Made by a program: the position numbers and the translations under genes. Source: Vezdaea acicularis (lineage: Eukaryota). Taken from it: a DNA stretch of 64,000 nucleotides. Positions 33,744-45,800 of the stretch are shown one piece after another (the stretch's first letter is position 1; each line of letters begins with the position of its first letter). Under the pieces are notes generated by a model that was given only the letters and a program-made list of their open reading frames with translations, ran no database searches and was not told the DNA's origin. The stretch covers positions 1-64,000 of the forward strand of contig JAPEUI010000049.1 of NCBI GenBank assembly GCA_026025075.1, in the 5' to 3' direction.

Positions 33744-35738
33744 ATGATGCATCCTCATCTGTCTCTATTCTTGTTTTCACTTGCGTTCTTGTTCGACACT
33801 ACCATCGGAGCCCCTCCCCCTGCCTCGACTTCGTCCCAAGCTGTTATTCGTAACAGAGATGTTCAAAACTATATTTCGTGCTATAATTCATACCCAGCAC
33901 CTGACTGGAGTGGTTGGCCTGAAAACTTCGACCGCAGTGCTTACGAAACGTTATATGATCTATGTGCTTTCGTCAACGAAGACCGGCCAACGTTAGGATG
34001 TATGTGTCCAACACAACAAAGCGAGCTCTATTGTTACCGAGACTTCGCAAAAGACCCTATTCTATACGATAATCGACTGCTACAAAAGCTTTGTCTAGAG
34101 AATTGCGACTGCCCAAAAGATGAGCCTAGCTTATACAGTTATGAAACCCTTGATGACGATGTCTACATTCCTTTTGAGAGAACCGCAAGCTCGTGGGAAC
34201 AAATGCACCCATTGAGGGGCGATCTTGGATCTATCGGTGACGCTCAAAGTCGGGTAGGAGAGTCCACGACCCATGATAAAGATGACAGTGCGTCCTCAGG
34301 TACTAGATCCAACATCGCAGGCTCACTTCGTCGTCGGCCACCCGCAGCTCATATTCGTCCATTGAGAAAGAAACTACGCGCCAACATCGACCCCGGAGAC
34401 TATACAGATCGGCAGGGAAGCAGAAGGTACGGCATTTCACGCTCGTATATCGTCCCTCAATTTAGCACTTCTTTCGATAAGGACTTTCACCCTCTGTTGT
34501 CTATGCACCCAAAACGCGATGAAACTACATCCCAGATCAATCGTGAATGTGATAATACAAGACTACCAGCAGCATGCCGCAAGAGCGAGGAGATCATTGC
34601 GCATGAATCAGCTCAGATACGACTTGGGCTTACTACGCCCAGCGACCAGACACTTTCTCGATTTACCTCTCCATCGAAGCTCACTTCACCTCCCATACCG
34701 CCCGCAGGTGATATCGTGAAGCGAGAAGCTGTAGACCCAGTGTTTGGCAACGCCCAGGATCTTGCAAGCATCGTAACCCCAAATTATGGGGCGTGTAAAG
34801 GCCGTCTCCCTTTCGGTGACCCTATCATCTGGCCCGAAGGCCGCAGCCCTAAGCAGTACAAAAGCTTAGCAGAACTTTGTCTCAAGTCTTCCCGCAAAGA
34901 CACTGTCGGATGCAGCTGTCCTCTCCCTGATGGAAGCATTCCGTTTGATTGCAACGAAACAGACGCAGACCCTGTCCTGTTCACCCAATTTTTCAGAGAT
35001 TACTGTTCCGCCCAATGTGATTGTGAGCGAACGCTCGATGTTAAATTAGGCCTCATCAGGATCGAACCGCTATCCGACGACGAAACCAGCATTGAAAGTG
35101 ACTGGGTTGGCATCTCCGATTCCTACAGAGAAGGTTTCCGAAATCGCAAAGGTTTCAACGACCTGGCTGCTTATGGCTGGGGCGATAGCAAGGCCAGTAT
35201 ATGGGGTAGCTCGGGACTCGAATCCCAAGGAAGTCTTGGGTCTCAATGCGGAACCCCATGTTCAAATGTCTACTCTTGCACAACCCCAGGTTGTAAGTGT
35301 ATAGCGACCAACAGGCGTAGAAGCAGGTACAGCAGCTGGTCATGCGGCTCAAGAACTTCAGGCAAGCGTGACGAAGACGGGGTGGGGCTCGCATGTCCAT
35401 GCAATGCAAGTTATATATCAGTGGCATGCTGTGATGCGGATGATAGTAGGCTCGTCTGGGAAGCTCCAGAACTTAAACTGGGCGAATTGGAGCTGGAAAC
35501 TCAAGAAAAAGCAACAACGGGTGAATTGAAAGCTAGGGCTGCAAGTGCCCAAGATGATCCAGCTACCGATAAAGACCAAAACCACGGCCTGAGTGGCGAG
35601 CCGGTTGGTACATATCCTCACGGCAAGGGAGAGCAAACCGCGTTGAGCTTGGGTTGCTTGCTACTCGGTGTCGTACTAAGCATTGTAGGAAGTGCATTGA
35701 GTTGGCAAGAGCGTGGAAAGCGGCAAGACTTCACCTAG
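33744..35738 (+). CDS. Secreted/membrane-anchored Cys-rich multidomain precursor (two 8-Cys modules, a 6-Cys knot-like motif, a 4-Cys motif, a C-terminal hydrophobic helix)
   Basis: Signal peptide MMHPHLSLFLFSLAFLFDTTIGA, an internal repeat, KR sites (PKR-DE, VKR-EA, GKR-DE, GKR-QD) and C-terminal LSLGCLLLGVVLSIVGSAL. The first ATG is at 33744 (the track starts at GTG). Confidence 0.8.
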   Translation: MMHPHLSLFLFSLAFLFDTTIGAPPPASTSSQAVIRNRDVQNYISCYNSYPAPDWSGWPENFDRSAYETLYDLCAFVNEDRPTLGCMCPTQQSELYCYRDFAKDPILYDNRLLQKLCLENCDCPKDEPSLYSYETLDDDVYIPFERTASSWEQMHPLRGDLGSIGDAQSRVGESTTHDKDDSASSGTRSNIAGSLRRRPPAAHIRPLRKKLRANIDPGDYTDRQGSRRYGISRSYIVPQFSTSFDKDFHPLLSMHPKRDETTSQINRECDNTRLPAACRKSEEIIAHESAQIRLGLTTPSDQTLSRFTSPSKLTSPPIPPAGDIVKREAVDPVFGNAQDLASIVTPNYGACKGRLPFGDPIIWPEGRSPKQYKSLAELCLKSSRKDTVGCSCPLPDGSIPFDCNETDADPVLFTQFFRDYCSAQCDCERTLDVKLGLIRIEPLSDDETSIESDWVGISDSYREGFRNRKGFNDLAAYGWGDSKASIWGSSGLESQGSLGSQCGTPCSNVYSCTTPGCKCIATNRRRSRYSSWSCGSRTSGKRDEDGVGLACPCNASYISVACCDADDSRLVWEAPELKLGELELETQEKATTGELKARAASAQDDPATDKDQNHGLSGEPVGTYPHGKGEQTALSLGCLLLGVVLSIVGSALSWQERGKRQDFT

Positions 35739-36465
35739 CTATGCAGACGAACATGACGTAGAGAACGTCGAAGCGCTGAAAAGTTGCATAAATATGAAAA
35801 TGGTGAGCATAGGGGCCCTAATGCGAAACATGAGCAAAGAGGATACATGAATAAGGGTCCTAAGAAAATCTTAGCATCACGGGTACGAAGTTCTGTGCTG
35901 CGACGGCCTTAAACCCACGGTTCTAATCCACCGGTATCCAAGCCAATTATGGTCGAGTCTGACGAACCCCGAGAATCTCGTCCTCTCATCAAATAGGCAA
36001 CATATCATTAGATAGATAATCTTCCATGATGTGGGATACTTCCCGTTATTTGTAGGCGCCTTCCGGCTTAGATGGCAGCACTCATTCGATGGCAAGCCCA
36101 TCAATCATAGTAGACTTCGCACTCTACGAATGGCCGATCATCATATATGAAATCCCCCAGAACATTAGCGACTTCTCATTGCACAGCATGCCTTTCGTTG
36201 TACGGAGTTGGACGAAATATCCATAGACCAGGAAATCATCATATTGTGTTCTAGGTGTAATACTGCTACTCAAGCAGCATATATAATTATTGTTAGCGTT
36301 GCAATCTTGAACAATACTTCTGATCTCATTAAAGATACAGCTGCCAAAACTCCACGCTCCGCAGACCATTGTATCCACCAGAAAATGCAACAGCCATTAA
36401 CAATGCGCTTAGACACTCCTTGTGTTCCGTATTCCCCTTTATACCTATTGATTATCCCATCGTTA

Positions 36466-37278
36466 TCAGTATCCAGCAGAGCCCAACAGATGGAGAGCAG
36501 CAAATTTGAGAGTATTCGTCGTTAGAGAGTCAAAAATAGGTTTTAGAGCCTTTCTTCTAGACGCCCCCGTGCAAGTCGGCTCAATCCCTAATAGACACCG
36601 TTCTATCGCCGCAGTTTTCTCTCCATCAGTGATTTTCTGCCTCTTGCGCCCCAAGCCCCGTCCACTAAATACGCTTTCCCGATCGCTTGCGTATACTGAG
36701 CCAAGATATCCCCTTCGGTCTGCTTCGTAGTCGTCCCATTCATCGACATCGCGATCGCTTTCATAGGCGTTTTCGTCTTCTCCATCCGACTCGGGCTCGG
36801 ATTCTATATCCGACTGTTCCCCACAATAGCAACTTGAAAGGCATGCGACCCTTAGATGCACATTGTTCCACAGAGCCTGGTCGGCAAGCTCTGGCTTGCA
36901 ATCTACCATGTCACCCGCTTCTTCAGGGCACACACAACCTATCGTCCGTTCTCCGCCTGCAAACGGAATGCAGAGCGCAGCTAGCGATGGATAGTTTGCT
37001 GGATCATAGCCAGGCGGCCAGTCTCCTGGCCTTGGGAGTGGGTTAGGTAGACAATTGATGTCGTTATCAGATCCACCAGATACGTCGCTCCCGCTTGGTA
37101 TCTGTGATCCGGAATGACTGCTTTGCGAGTTTGCGCGGCGATAGACTCTCTGGATATCTGCAAGGGGATTTCCCACGTTCGATATGGTTGGTGAGCAGGA
37201 GATTTCATATACAAGATTGAACAAGATGAGAAATAGAAACCCCTTATGTGTGCGCCTAAAGACGATTGAGGCCTCCAT
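36466..37278 (-). CDS. Secreted Cys-rich protein, paralog of the 33744-35738 gene (one 8-Cys module); 3' end uncertain
   Basis: Hydrophobic N-terminus GFLFLILFNLVYEISC, an RR site, the same 8-Cys module, an acidic spacer and GRKR. Confidence 0.75.
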   Translation of the reverse strand: MEASIVFRRTHKGFLFLILFNLVYEISCSPTISNVGNPLADIQRVYRRANSQSSHSGSQIPSGSDVSGGSDNDINCLPNPLPRPGDWPPGYDPANYPSLAALCIPFAGGERTIGCVCPEEAGDMVDCKPELADQALWNNVHLRVACLSSCYCGEQSDIESEPESDGEDENAYESDRDVDEWDDYEADRRGYLGSVYASDRESVFSGRGLGRKRQKITDGEKTAAIERCLLGIEPTCTGASRRKALKPIFDSLTTNTLKFAALHLLGSAGY

Positions 37279-37885
37279 GCTTCAATCAAAATGATCTCTA
37301 TGAGGACCAAGGTATTCAAACCGGAGAGAAAAGTAGTGGAAGTCACATCCATATACACTCTTGAAAGCAGATCATGATCCTCACACTTAGTGACTGATCA
37401 TCAAAGTTAATCCTCCGCCGGTGCTAACCTAGCTTCCCGATTTAGTCATTGGTGGCTCTTGCGCCAAGATCGCGATTAGGATACGAGCCTTGGAACGTGG
37501 GATAAAGCTAGAAAATCCCTCGTTCGTCTTAGCCGGTTCATTCAGCAACCACAATGCTATCGGGAGCCCCAACAATCGACTGACACCAAGAATCATTGTC
37601 TATTATCGGTCCATTAAATCTCTCAAGCAGGGTTCCATATTATGATCGTCCTTCAAGGGCCTCTGCGCAATCTGCGCGGAGTGGCGAATGATGACGACTC
37701 CCTATTATATGGTACCCGGAGCCTCCCGCGATGTATTCTGGGAGCTTTGGGGATGTTGTGGTCCAAGCGTTAATGATACACACTCCCTTGGTCATGTCCT
37801 CTATCGAACGATCAGGAATCTTAGAAACCTTGCACAATGCCTTGCACGATGGAACTAAGATTTCTCAATCTGCGTAAAGCTTCTT

Positions 37886-39568
37886 TCATACCTTCTTCCG
37901 CCTCTCTATGGCTTGCAACACGTCCGCTGCGGAGTTCTTGTCCCCCTTCCTTCTCTTCGGGCCACGTTTCCGCTTCTCTTTTCCGCCATCCTTGCCATCG
38001 CCTTTGTCATGCTTGCCACCCCAAATACTTAGTTTTACACGTTTGGAGCTGTCTTCAGCATCCTCATCGTCTGCAAACCTACTAGACCCAAATCCAAGAT
38101 CCACGTCATCAGCATCACGGTCATGGGAGGATAGCAAAGCCGCTCTTCGAGATGGCTTTGAGGAATGGAGAGATTCAGGAGGACCCTCGTCCTTCTTTAT
38201 AAGCGTGGATGCTTTTTGGAGGGCAGCGAGGAGGCTCGGGTCGTTGGTAGGGTTTGCTGAAAATGCCACTGAAGGTTCCGAAGCTGCCGAGGGAGTGGAG
38301 AAATAATTTCGAGGGCCTGAGGGCGGTAGTAAGGTGGGCGACTCTTTTACTGAGTCCGACGCGGGTAAAGGCTTCCCAGAAATGAATCGTTCAGAGGTTG
38401 TAGGCTGATTTGGGGTTCTTTCCTCCTCTGACTGAGATGACGATGCATCTTCATCGTCTGAGAGACCTGCAAGAGGATCGTAATCTGACCCTACATCATC
38501 AAATATATCCCTCGCGTCCTCTTCTTGCGCTGGCGCTTTAGGCAGCTCCAGAGGGTCCATCCCTAATGGCTTAGCATCCTTGTCTGGCACAAGTAGACCA
38601 GGCTTGCTTGCACTGTCTGATATTTCTGTAGTAGATACTCGCCGAACTTTTCGCTTGACTTTGCCATCTTCATCTACGACGATTAGTACTTCCCGTCCCC
38701 TTTCATCGATCTCAGTCCTTGATGCTTTACCCTTTCCCTTGTCCTCGCCGAACCGTTTGAATCTAGGGCCTAGCTGAGAGGCAGCGGACTTCTCTTTTGC
38801 TGCTTGCCTTGCAGCCTTGAGCTCCGCAAGAATATCATCCCTGGTCCTTTTCTTCCCAGCGCTTGGAGCAAGAGGCGGTGCCATTTGACCCGCTTTTGAC
38901 TTGTTCTCTTTTGGTATGGGCTTCACTTCCGCAGCTTGAAGTCTGTCCAGCTCTTCATCCAAACTCTCCTTCTCGGTCTCATCTTTTGTATCATTGCCTT
39001 GCCGCACAAGCTCGCCAAGTACGTCCTCCCCCCGCCTCGCTCTTTCAAGCAGTCGCCAATCCAGGCCCTTCACCAAATGCGTCGTGCCCACATCCCCTCC
39101 TACAATCTCATCTCGTATCTTCGTATAAGTCTCCTCATCAATTTGACCCAACTTCATCATTTCTTCCAAGGCTTGCATTCGAGCAGCCTTATCGTCTGGG
39201 TCTGATCCATCCTGAGTTTTTCGAGCTTGTACGCGATCATGGTAACCGGCGGGGAGCTTTGCACCCTTTGGCGCTGCAGATGAACGGAACTTCTTCGTTG
39301 ATGCTGGTGCAAGCGACGCGAGCTGATGTCGAAATTCGAGATGGCTTGAGCCTGTCACCGAACGCCTGCAGCGCAAGTAAGGTCAGCATAGTAAGGCAAC
39401 TTCCAGAAGAACTTGAGCCTACGGCGTCATGGGTATACTAGAACGCTGACGACTACCTAGTGTAAGGCTGGTTCCTCCATCTCTAGAAGCTGCTACACTA
39501 TCTAAGATTCCAGTCGGCTGGCGAGCAGGTGTGTCCAGCACCAAACGTCGGAACTCTTGATTGTTCAT
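37886..39568 (-). CDS. RED-like (IK/RED_N domain) spliceosome-associated protein; intron 39366-39422
   Basis: MNNQEFRRLVLDTP...LGSRQRSSIPMTP|RSV, KKFRSSAAPKG.KLPAGYHDR and GGDVGTTHLVKGLDWRLLERAR. Confidence 0.9.
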
Positions 39569-39878
39569 GATAATCAGGAGTAAGGCGGCGCACGTCAACC
39601 CTTAATCTATCACCAGCATCACAGAGTCGTAAGTAGAGAGATCGTATGCTCTAAGCTATAGCCGTTTTGGTTATCCATGTGGCATATTCCAAACCTTTTG
39701 AAAGCCAGAGAAAGCTGAATCTTACTATAAATTGTGCCAACAAGAGTGTGTTGCCCCCCCCTCGGTGAAGTAGAGTTGAATATTCTTCACCGCCTTCGGC
39801 AGAATATCCGAATTTTACCCACCGCCTTCTGTAAAGTGGCAGTTTTTCAACGTCCTAGTCTACTAATTCTATTCAAAG
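39569..39878. promoter_or_regulatory. Divergent promoter, RED-like / UTP20
   Basis: 310 bp between ATGs. It has a direct repeat CACCGCCTTC (39788-39797, 39820-39829) and an inverted repeat CGGTGAAG/CTTCACCG (39763-39770, 39785-39792). Confidence 0.65.
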
Positions 39879-42800
39879 ATGGCCGCAAAGTCTTCCGGTA
39901 ATATCGTGAAATACGTTAGAAAAAGGGAATGGAGCACAAATCCCACTTACCGCCACCGCTTTGAGCCATTTAGCAAGAGGATAGCAAGAATCAGTATCGA
40001 TCCACTTCGCACCGTTCGCAGATACGACCATACAGATGCAGACATTACCACAGCCGAGTCCTATTTCAAGACTTCCTTGGAGCAGTGGAATGATCTTAAT
40101 ACCTCAGAAATATTTACAAGCTTTTCGCGCGAAGTCGCCCCATTGTGCAACAGTTTGACTCAGATACTACACTTCGAGTCCGACATTGTTGACTTGATCG
40201 TTAAATATATTGAAAGAAGAGACGCATTATCTCTAGAACCGCTTCTGAGCCTACTTGGCCATCTGGCTCACGATCTCGGCGTCCGATTTGAAGCCCATTT
40301 TTCTAGAAGTGTAGCACTGGTCACTTCGCTCGCCTCGAAGCACCCTAATGTTGAGGTCATCGAATGGAGTTTCAACAGCCTGGCATGGCTGTTCAAGTAT
40401 CTTTCTCGGCTCATTGTCTTGGATCTGAGGCCCACATACGATCTGCTTGCTCCGCTACTCGGAAAACAATCCCAAAAGCCTTTCGTGACTAGATTTGCGG
40501 CGGAGGCGTTTAGTTTTCTTATTCGAAAAGCAGCCATTTCTCAAAGAAAAGACTTTAAGCCCCTTAAAGTCGCCTTACGGCACATATTCAGTGACCTTAG
40601 TGAGGCCAATGGATCTAAGGGCTCTAGGCTTTACCATGAGGGCATCATGACGCTACTTGCTGAGGCTATGAAAAGTACTGGAAGAGATGTGCATTCTAAA
40701 GCTACGACAATCCTGAAATGTGCCTTGGACTTGGCCAATACTAATTTGTTGCTCGAAGACACCATTTGTGGGGTACTGATCGCAATGATACATCATACTG
40801 ACGCGCTCACTTTTGAACCCCTCATGCAGACTGTATTGGATTACATCCATGGAATGATCAAGGTAAGAAACTCGAGGGGGCTCAAATACGGCGCACGTTT
40901 TATCAGCATATTAGCCGGCGTCCGGAAAGGTTCGAGGGTAGGCAAGTGGAAGGACGTGCTAGACACTTTGGTTGAACTTGTTTCAGCCTCTGCTCAATTG
41001 AATGAGACGGAAAGCTCTGATGTGTTACCCACCGTTCTGTCATGCGCCGCAGTGGCAATGCAGTACTCGCCCTTGGAGAATGTTTTCCCAATAGCTAGGA
41101 CAGTAATGGCATCTATTTCAACTTGCTCTTCGCCTCATCAGTTCCTGCTATTCTGCAGCTTGTTTGCTGACCTTGGAGAGGAAAGATTCAAGATCTTCAT
41201 ATTGCCTAGTCTTTCAAAGTTAGTTTCCCACTTTCCAGAGCGACTACTCCTAACCTTCTGGACAGGTTCATCAGCCAACACTGGAGACAATCGGAAGACA
41301 ACTTGTCTATCTTACTTCCAACGCTACAACGACAAAGTCGTCTTACAATGGTTGATCATAGCGATGATCTGTTGCCATGCCCGCGCGATTGGCAAGAGCA
41401 GGTTATGGCCTCTTTTGCTCAACTCAGATCATCTATTCAAACGCAATCATCTAAAAGCGAAGATATCTTCATGTTATCTGCAAGATGTAATACATATCTC
41501 GATCTATTCAAAGTTTTCTCATTTGGGGCAGACATACAACAGCAGATTCTCGCTAGCTTGCAGGAGATAATCCAAACCTCTTTCGAGGAACTCAGGCTGG
41601 GCCGGAAGACTTCCCAATTTGGAACAGGCCAAGGGCTTCTATTCTATATAAGGGAAGTCGAACTAACAAGGCTCGTTGACATTAACCTTTGGCCAAGCCT
41701 CTCTCGGATATCCTCTAGCCACAAGTCGATCATTCCCTTCGTTGAGAGTATATGTGAATACTTTGGCAGGGTTCAACGGTTAGTACATGTAACAACCATG
41801 TTCTAGTCATTTCTAACAATCACAGGGATGACTGTCCATACATCGCCCTCACTGATACAATCTTTGATTCACTAAAAGACAGCCTTTCATTTCCTTCCCA
41901 CGCGCTTCGTGAGCGAGCCCTTACTGCACTCCAATGCTTACACACAGTTCTCTCCAATGAGCCTTCGACTCTTCTGGCCACAGCACTGGCGGTGGAGAAC
42001 ATGAACATGGATCTGTCGACTGCTCGTCAAGCCTCAATGCACGTCCGCAAGTTAGCTTCTGACTACTCTTCACTTCCCGAAGGCTCCTGGCTAAGGGCAA
42101 TAGTGCCGAGCTACTGCTTCGGCTTGCTAACTGTGAACTTTGCTCCCATATGGGATGATGTCCTGTCAGCCTTAGGCGTTATGGCAGCAGAAAAGTCTAG
42201 TGAGGCCATCATTATGAAGTATGCTCTAAGCTATTTAGATCAGCAAGAAAGTGCGGTATTTCACGTTCAAGAAACGCCAAAGAACGAAGCTCAGGGTCAT
42301 GTTCTATCCCCATTTGAATGTTCTAACCTCCTAAATATATGGAGGATAGAATCAGAACACAAAAAGACAATCCAAGCATCGCTTATACAAATGCGCAGCC
42401 GATATGTTGAGACTCATAGTCCAGCATCACCCTGTTCCGAAAACTCCCGCATTCAGGCTTTAAGATTCCTGAGAAATGTACCTCAGGTCGCTGAGAAGTA
42501 TTCTCGTCAAATTGTACCTTTTTTGCTCGATTGGGGCCTAAAGGGGGAGGATGAAATATCTCCAAACGAAACCACTCTGGGGAATGAGGCGGGATCTACT
42601 TCCGCAAAGAGCTTAGTCTGGTCTCGAAGAGAGAGGAAGGAACTATTGAAACTCTTCTCAGCCTTCACCAGCCCCAAGTCTCTATACAGATCTGCAGAAG
42701 TTTATGACTGTCTACTTAAGCTATTGACTAATGGAGATGTAGAAATCCAGAAAGATGCTCTGGGCGCGTTGTTCACTTGGCGATCCCCTGCCATCCTAAA

Positions 42801-45800
42801 TTATCAGGAAAACCTCAGCAACCTCCTAGATGACGCAAGATTCAGAGACGAGGTAGCTATTTTCGTCCAGCTTGATGAGGAAGCAAGCTCTATACAGCGA
42901 GCACACCGAAGAGAGCTCACGCCTGTACTCTTACGATTATTATACGGACGGCTTGTTGCGAGGCAAGTAATTGGTAAAAATAGGGCGATGGAGGGTAATC
43001 GGGACATGGTACTCAGTGCGATCGCTGATTTCCCTTCTGAAGAGCTCGGAGACTTCATCATGATTGCTCTTGGCCCTCTAAAGTATATGAGAGATGGTAA
43101 GATTCGCAAGGATGGATATTTGCCGACTCAAGAAGAATTCTTGACCACTCGAAAACAGCTTGGAGTTCTAAACATGATAGAAAGCATGTTGAGAGTGCTT
43201 GGTGCAAAACTTTTACCTTTCGTTACAGAACTAATGGAGGGAGTCCTCTACTGCACCATTCTTGCTTCCAGAAAGTTGGTTGGCACTTCATCATTCGCGC
43301 TCCGGGATACCTATCCAGAGACAAGCAACGTCTCACTCCTCAAATCCGTTAGGCATGCAGGGCTCCGTTGTCTCAATCTTGCTTTCACCGTATATAAAGA
43401 CTTCACCTGGGATCTTTATATACCAACCATACTCGAAGAGCTAGTTGAACCTCGCCTTTCAAAGTTTGCTATAGAGACAGCACAGTCTGTATCGGGGCTT
43501 TTGCGTCTTTTCCATTCCTGGTCATCATCCTCGACGGCAGTACTTTTTCTTGGCCATAATCAGGGAGCTGTCTTAGATCAGATTGTATCATGTCTAAGTG
43601 TCAGGTCTGCAAAAGATGATGTCAAAACCTATACAATCGAGATTATCAGAAACATCATATCCATTGCTGAAGCCACGGAAGAACCTTCGGCTTCTATGTC
43701 AGAAAAGGTTAAGTCGGTGTTGTTACGGCCCCATCTAGATTCAATTCTACTCGGTATCAGCGCCATGTTGAGGGAAAGCCCGGGTCGAGATCTCATGGAG
43801 CTTTGTGTGGAAACTTTGTCAAGGCTCTCCCCCTTCATCTCCAGCACAACCGAAGCGAGAAACATGACCGAAGTATCTGTCTTCCTCTTGGAGCAGCCAA
43901 CTAGGCGTGTAAGCCCCAAAAGTAAGAGCAATCTGCTTCTGGTCTTGCATTATTTCATACCTCTTTCAAACCTAAAAGAGAACGAGGGCCTCATAAGAAG
44001 GGTACTAGAAGTCATCTCATCGCTTTTTGGATTCTTCAAGGACCAGCATAGCAGGGAAAATCTTGCACAAGTACTCTGCACGTTCGCCCAGATTCAGCCG
44101 TCCTTGCAGCAGGTATCAGAGATTTGTAAGGAATTAAACGCCTTCTCTACGAAGAGACTCGACGAGCCCGACTTTGAGAGACGGTTAAAGGCCTTCTACT
44201 GTGTTTGTGAGGATAGCTCACAAATTTTCAGTGCAGAAGAGTGGCGGCCACTGATCTTCAATATGCTATACTTCATTAAAGATAACGAAGAGCTAGCCAT
44301 ACGGCAGAGCGCAGCTCTTGCTTTAAGGCGCCTGTTAGAATCTGCGAGCCGTCAGACGAATGAACAAGAGAAGCAGGAGTTTGAACTGCTTCTGTCAACG
44401 ATACTATTACCAGCCATCAGGAATGGTGCTCGAGAACCTTCTGAGCTTGTTCGGTCTGAATACATCGGCGTGATGGCTCATGCGGTAAAGCTTTTCCCTG
44501 GGTGGCACGAAGTTAGCGACATGAGTTCATTGCTCGGAGAAGACGAGAATACCTCTTTTTTCAACAGAATACTCGATATTCAGCAGCGCAATCGGTTCGG
44601 CGCTTTGCAGCTACTTAGCTCAAAAGCTAGGAGTGGAATCATCAAAAATAGCAACCTTAGCCAATTTCTCATTCCTCTGGTTGAGCACTTCATCTTTGAT
44701 GCAGGTGAGGATGAAAACTCGTACAGCCTAGCGGCCGAGGCTCGCTCAACCGTTGGCACCATAATTGAAGAGCTTGAATGGCCGCACTTCAAAGCTATAC
44801 TCAGGAGGTATATCTCCTATCTTAAGATAAAACCGGACGCAGAAAAGAATGTAGTCAGGCTGTTGGGATATGTTATTGATGCTCTAAAAAGGGCGTCAAC
44901 CAAGAAGGGATATACTAAACGTATTCAAGATCGAATCCTCTTCACATTTATGGAGGAACGGGATTCACAAGAGAGCTCACAAAAGATTCCAAGCAAGCTA
45001 AGCTTGACTCTACCACAACAGGAAAAGCTCGCCTCTGAATTAATACGAGACTTCTTACCAACCCTTCAGGCATATCTTCACCAGAAGGATGAGTCGACTG
45101 TGAGCCTTCGAGTACCAATCGCAGTATCTGTTGTGAAGATTTTAAACGTGCTTCCATTCGACCAGCTCGCGAATCAACTCCCCGCCGTTTTGATGGATGT
45201 CTGCCATATCTTACGAAGTAAGGCCCAGGAAGCTCGTGATATGACCAGAAAAACTTTGGCCGATATCTGTGCTGAATTAGGCCCTGAGTGCATTGGCTTT
45301 GTGATTACAGAGCTTCGTGGAGCTCTGGTGCGGGGATTTCAACTTCATGTACTGTCATTCACCGTGCATTCAATATTAGTGTCCATTACACCTCACTTAT
45401 ATCCAGGCGATATTGACTACTGCACATCTCAGATCGTTACTGTCGTCATGGATGATATATTCGGTACAATAGGTCAAGAAAAGGATGCGGAGGATTATGT
45501 GAGCAAGATGAAGGAGATAAAAAGCAGGAAGAGCTATGATACGATGGAACTTCTAGCAAGAACAACAACAATACGGAGCCTACCAGACTTGATAAGACCT
45601 GTACAGTCGCTGTTACGAGAGCGCCTAACACTTAAAGTTCTCAACAAAATCGAAGAAGTGCTTCGCCGGATCAGTGTGGGCCTAATCCGAAATGAGGCAG
45701 TCCAGAACCAAGATCTTCTCATTTTATGTCATGAACTAATTCAAGACATCTCTAAACATGACAGAGAAATGGGCAAAGTGTCTGCGAAGGACGATCCACG

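Noticed and set aside
41219..41825. Two UTP20 introns of identical length (47 nt) with the same GTTAGT donor, possible introner-like elements
   Set aside because: The internal sequences are not similar, and the length is near the typical minimum here.
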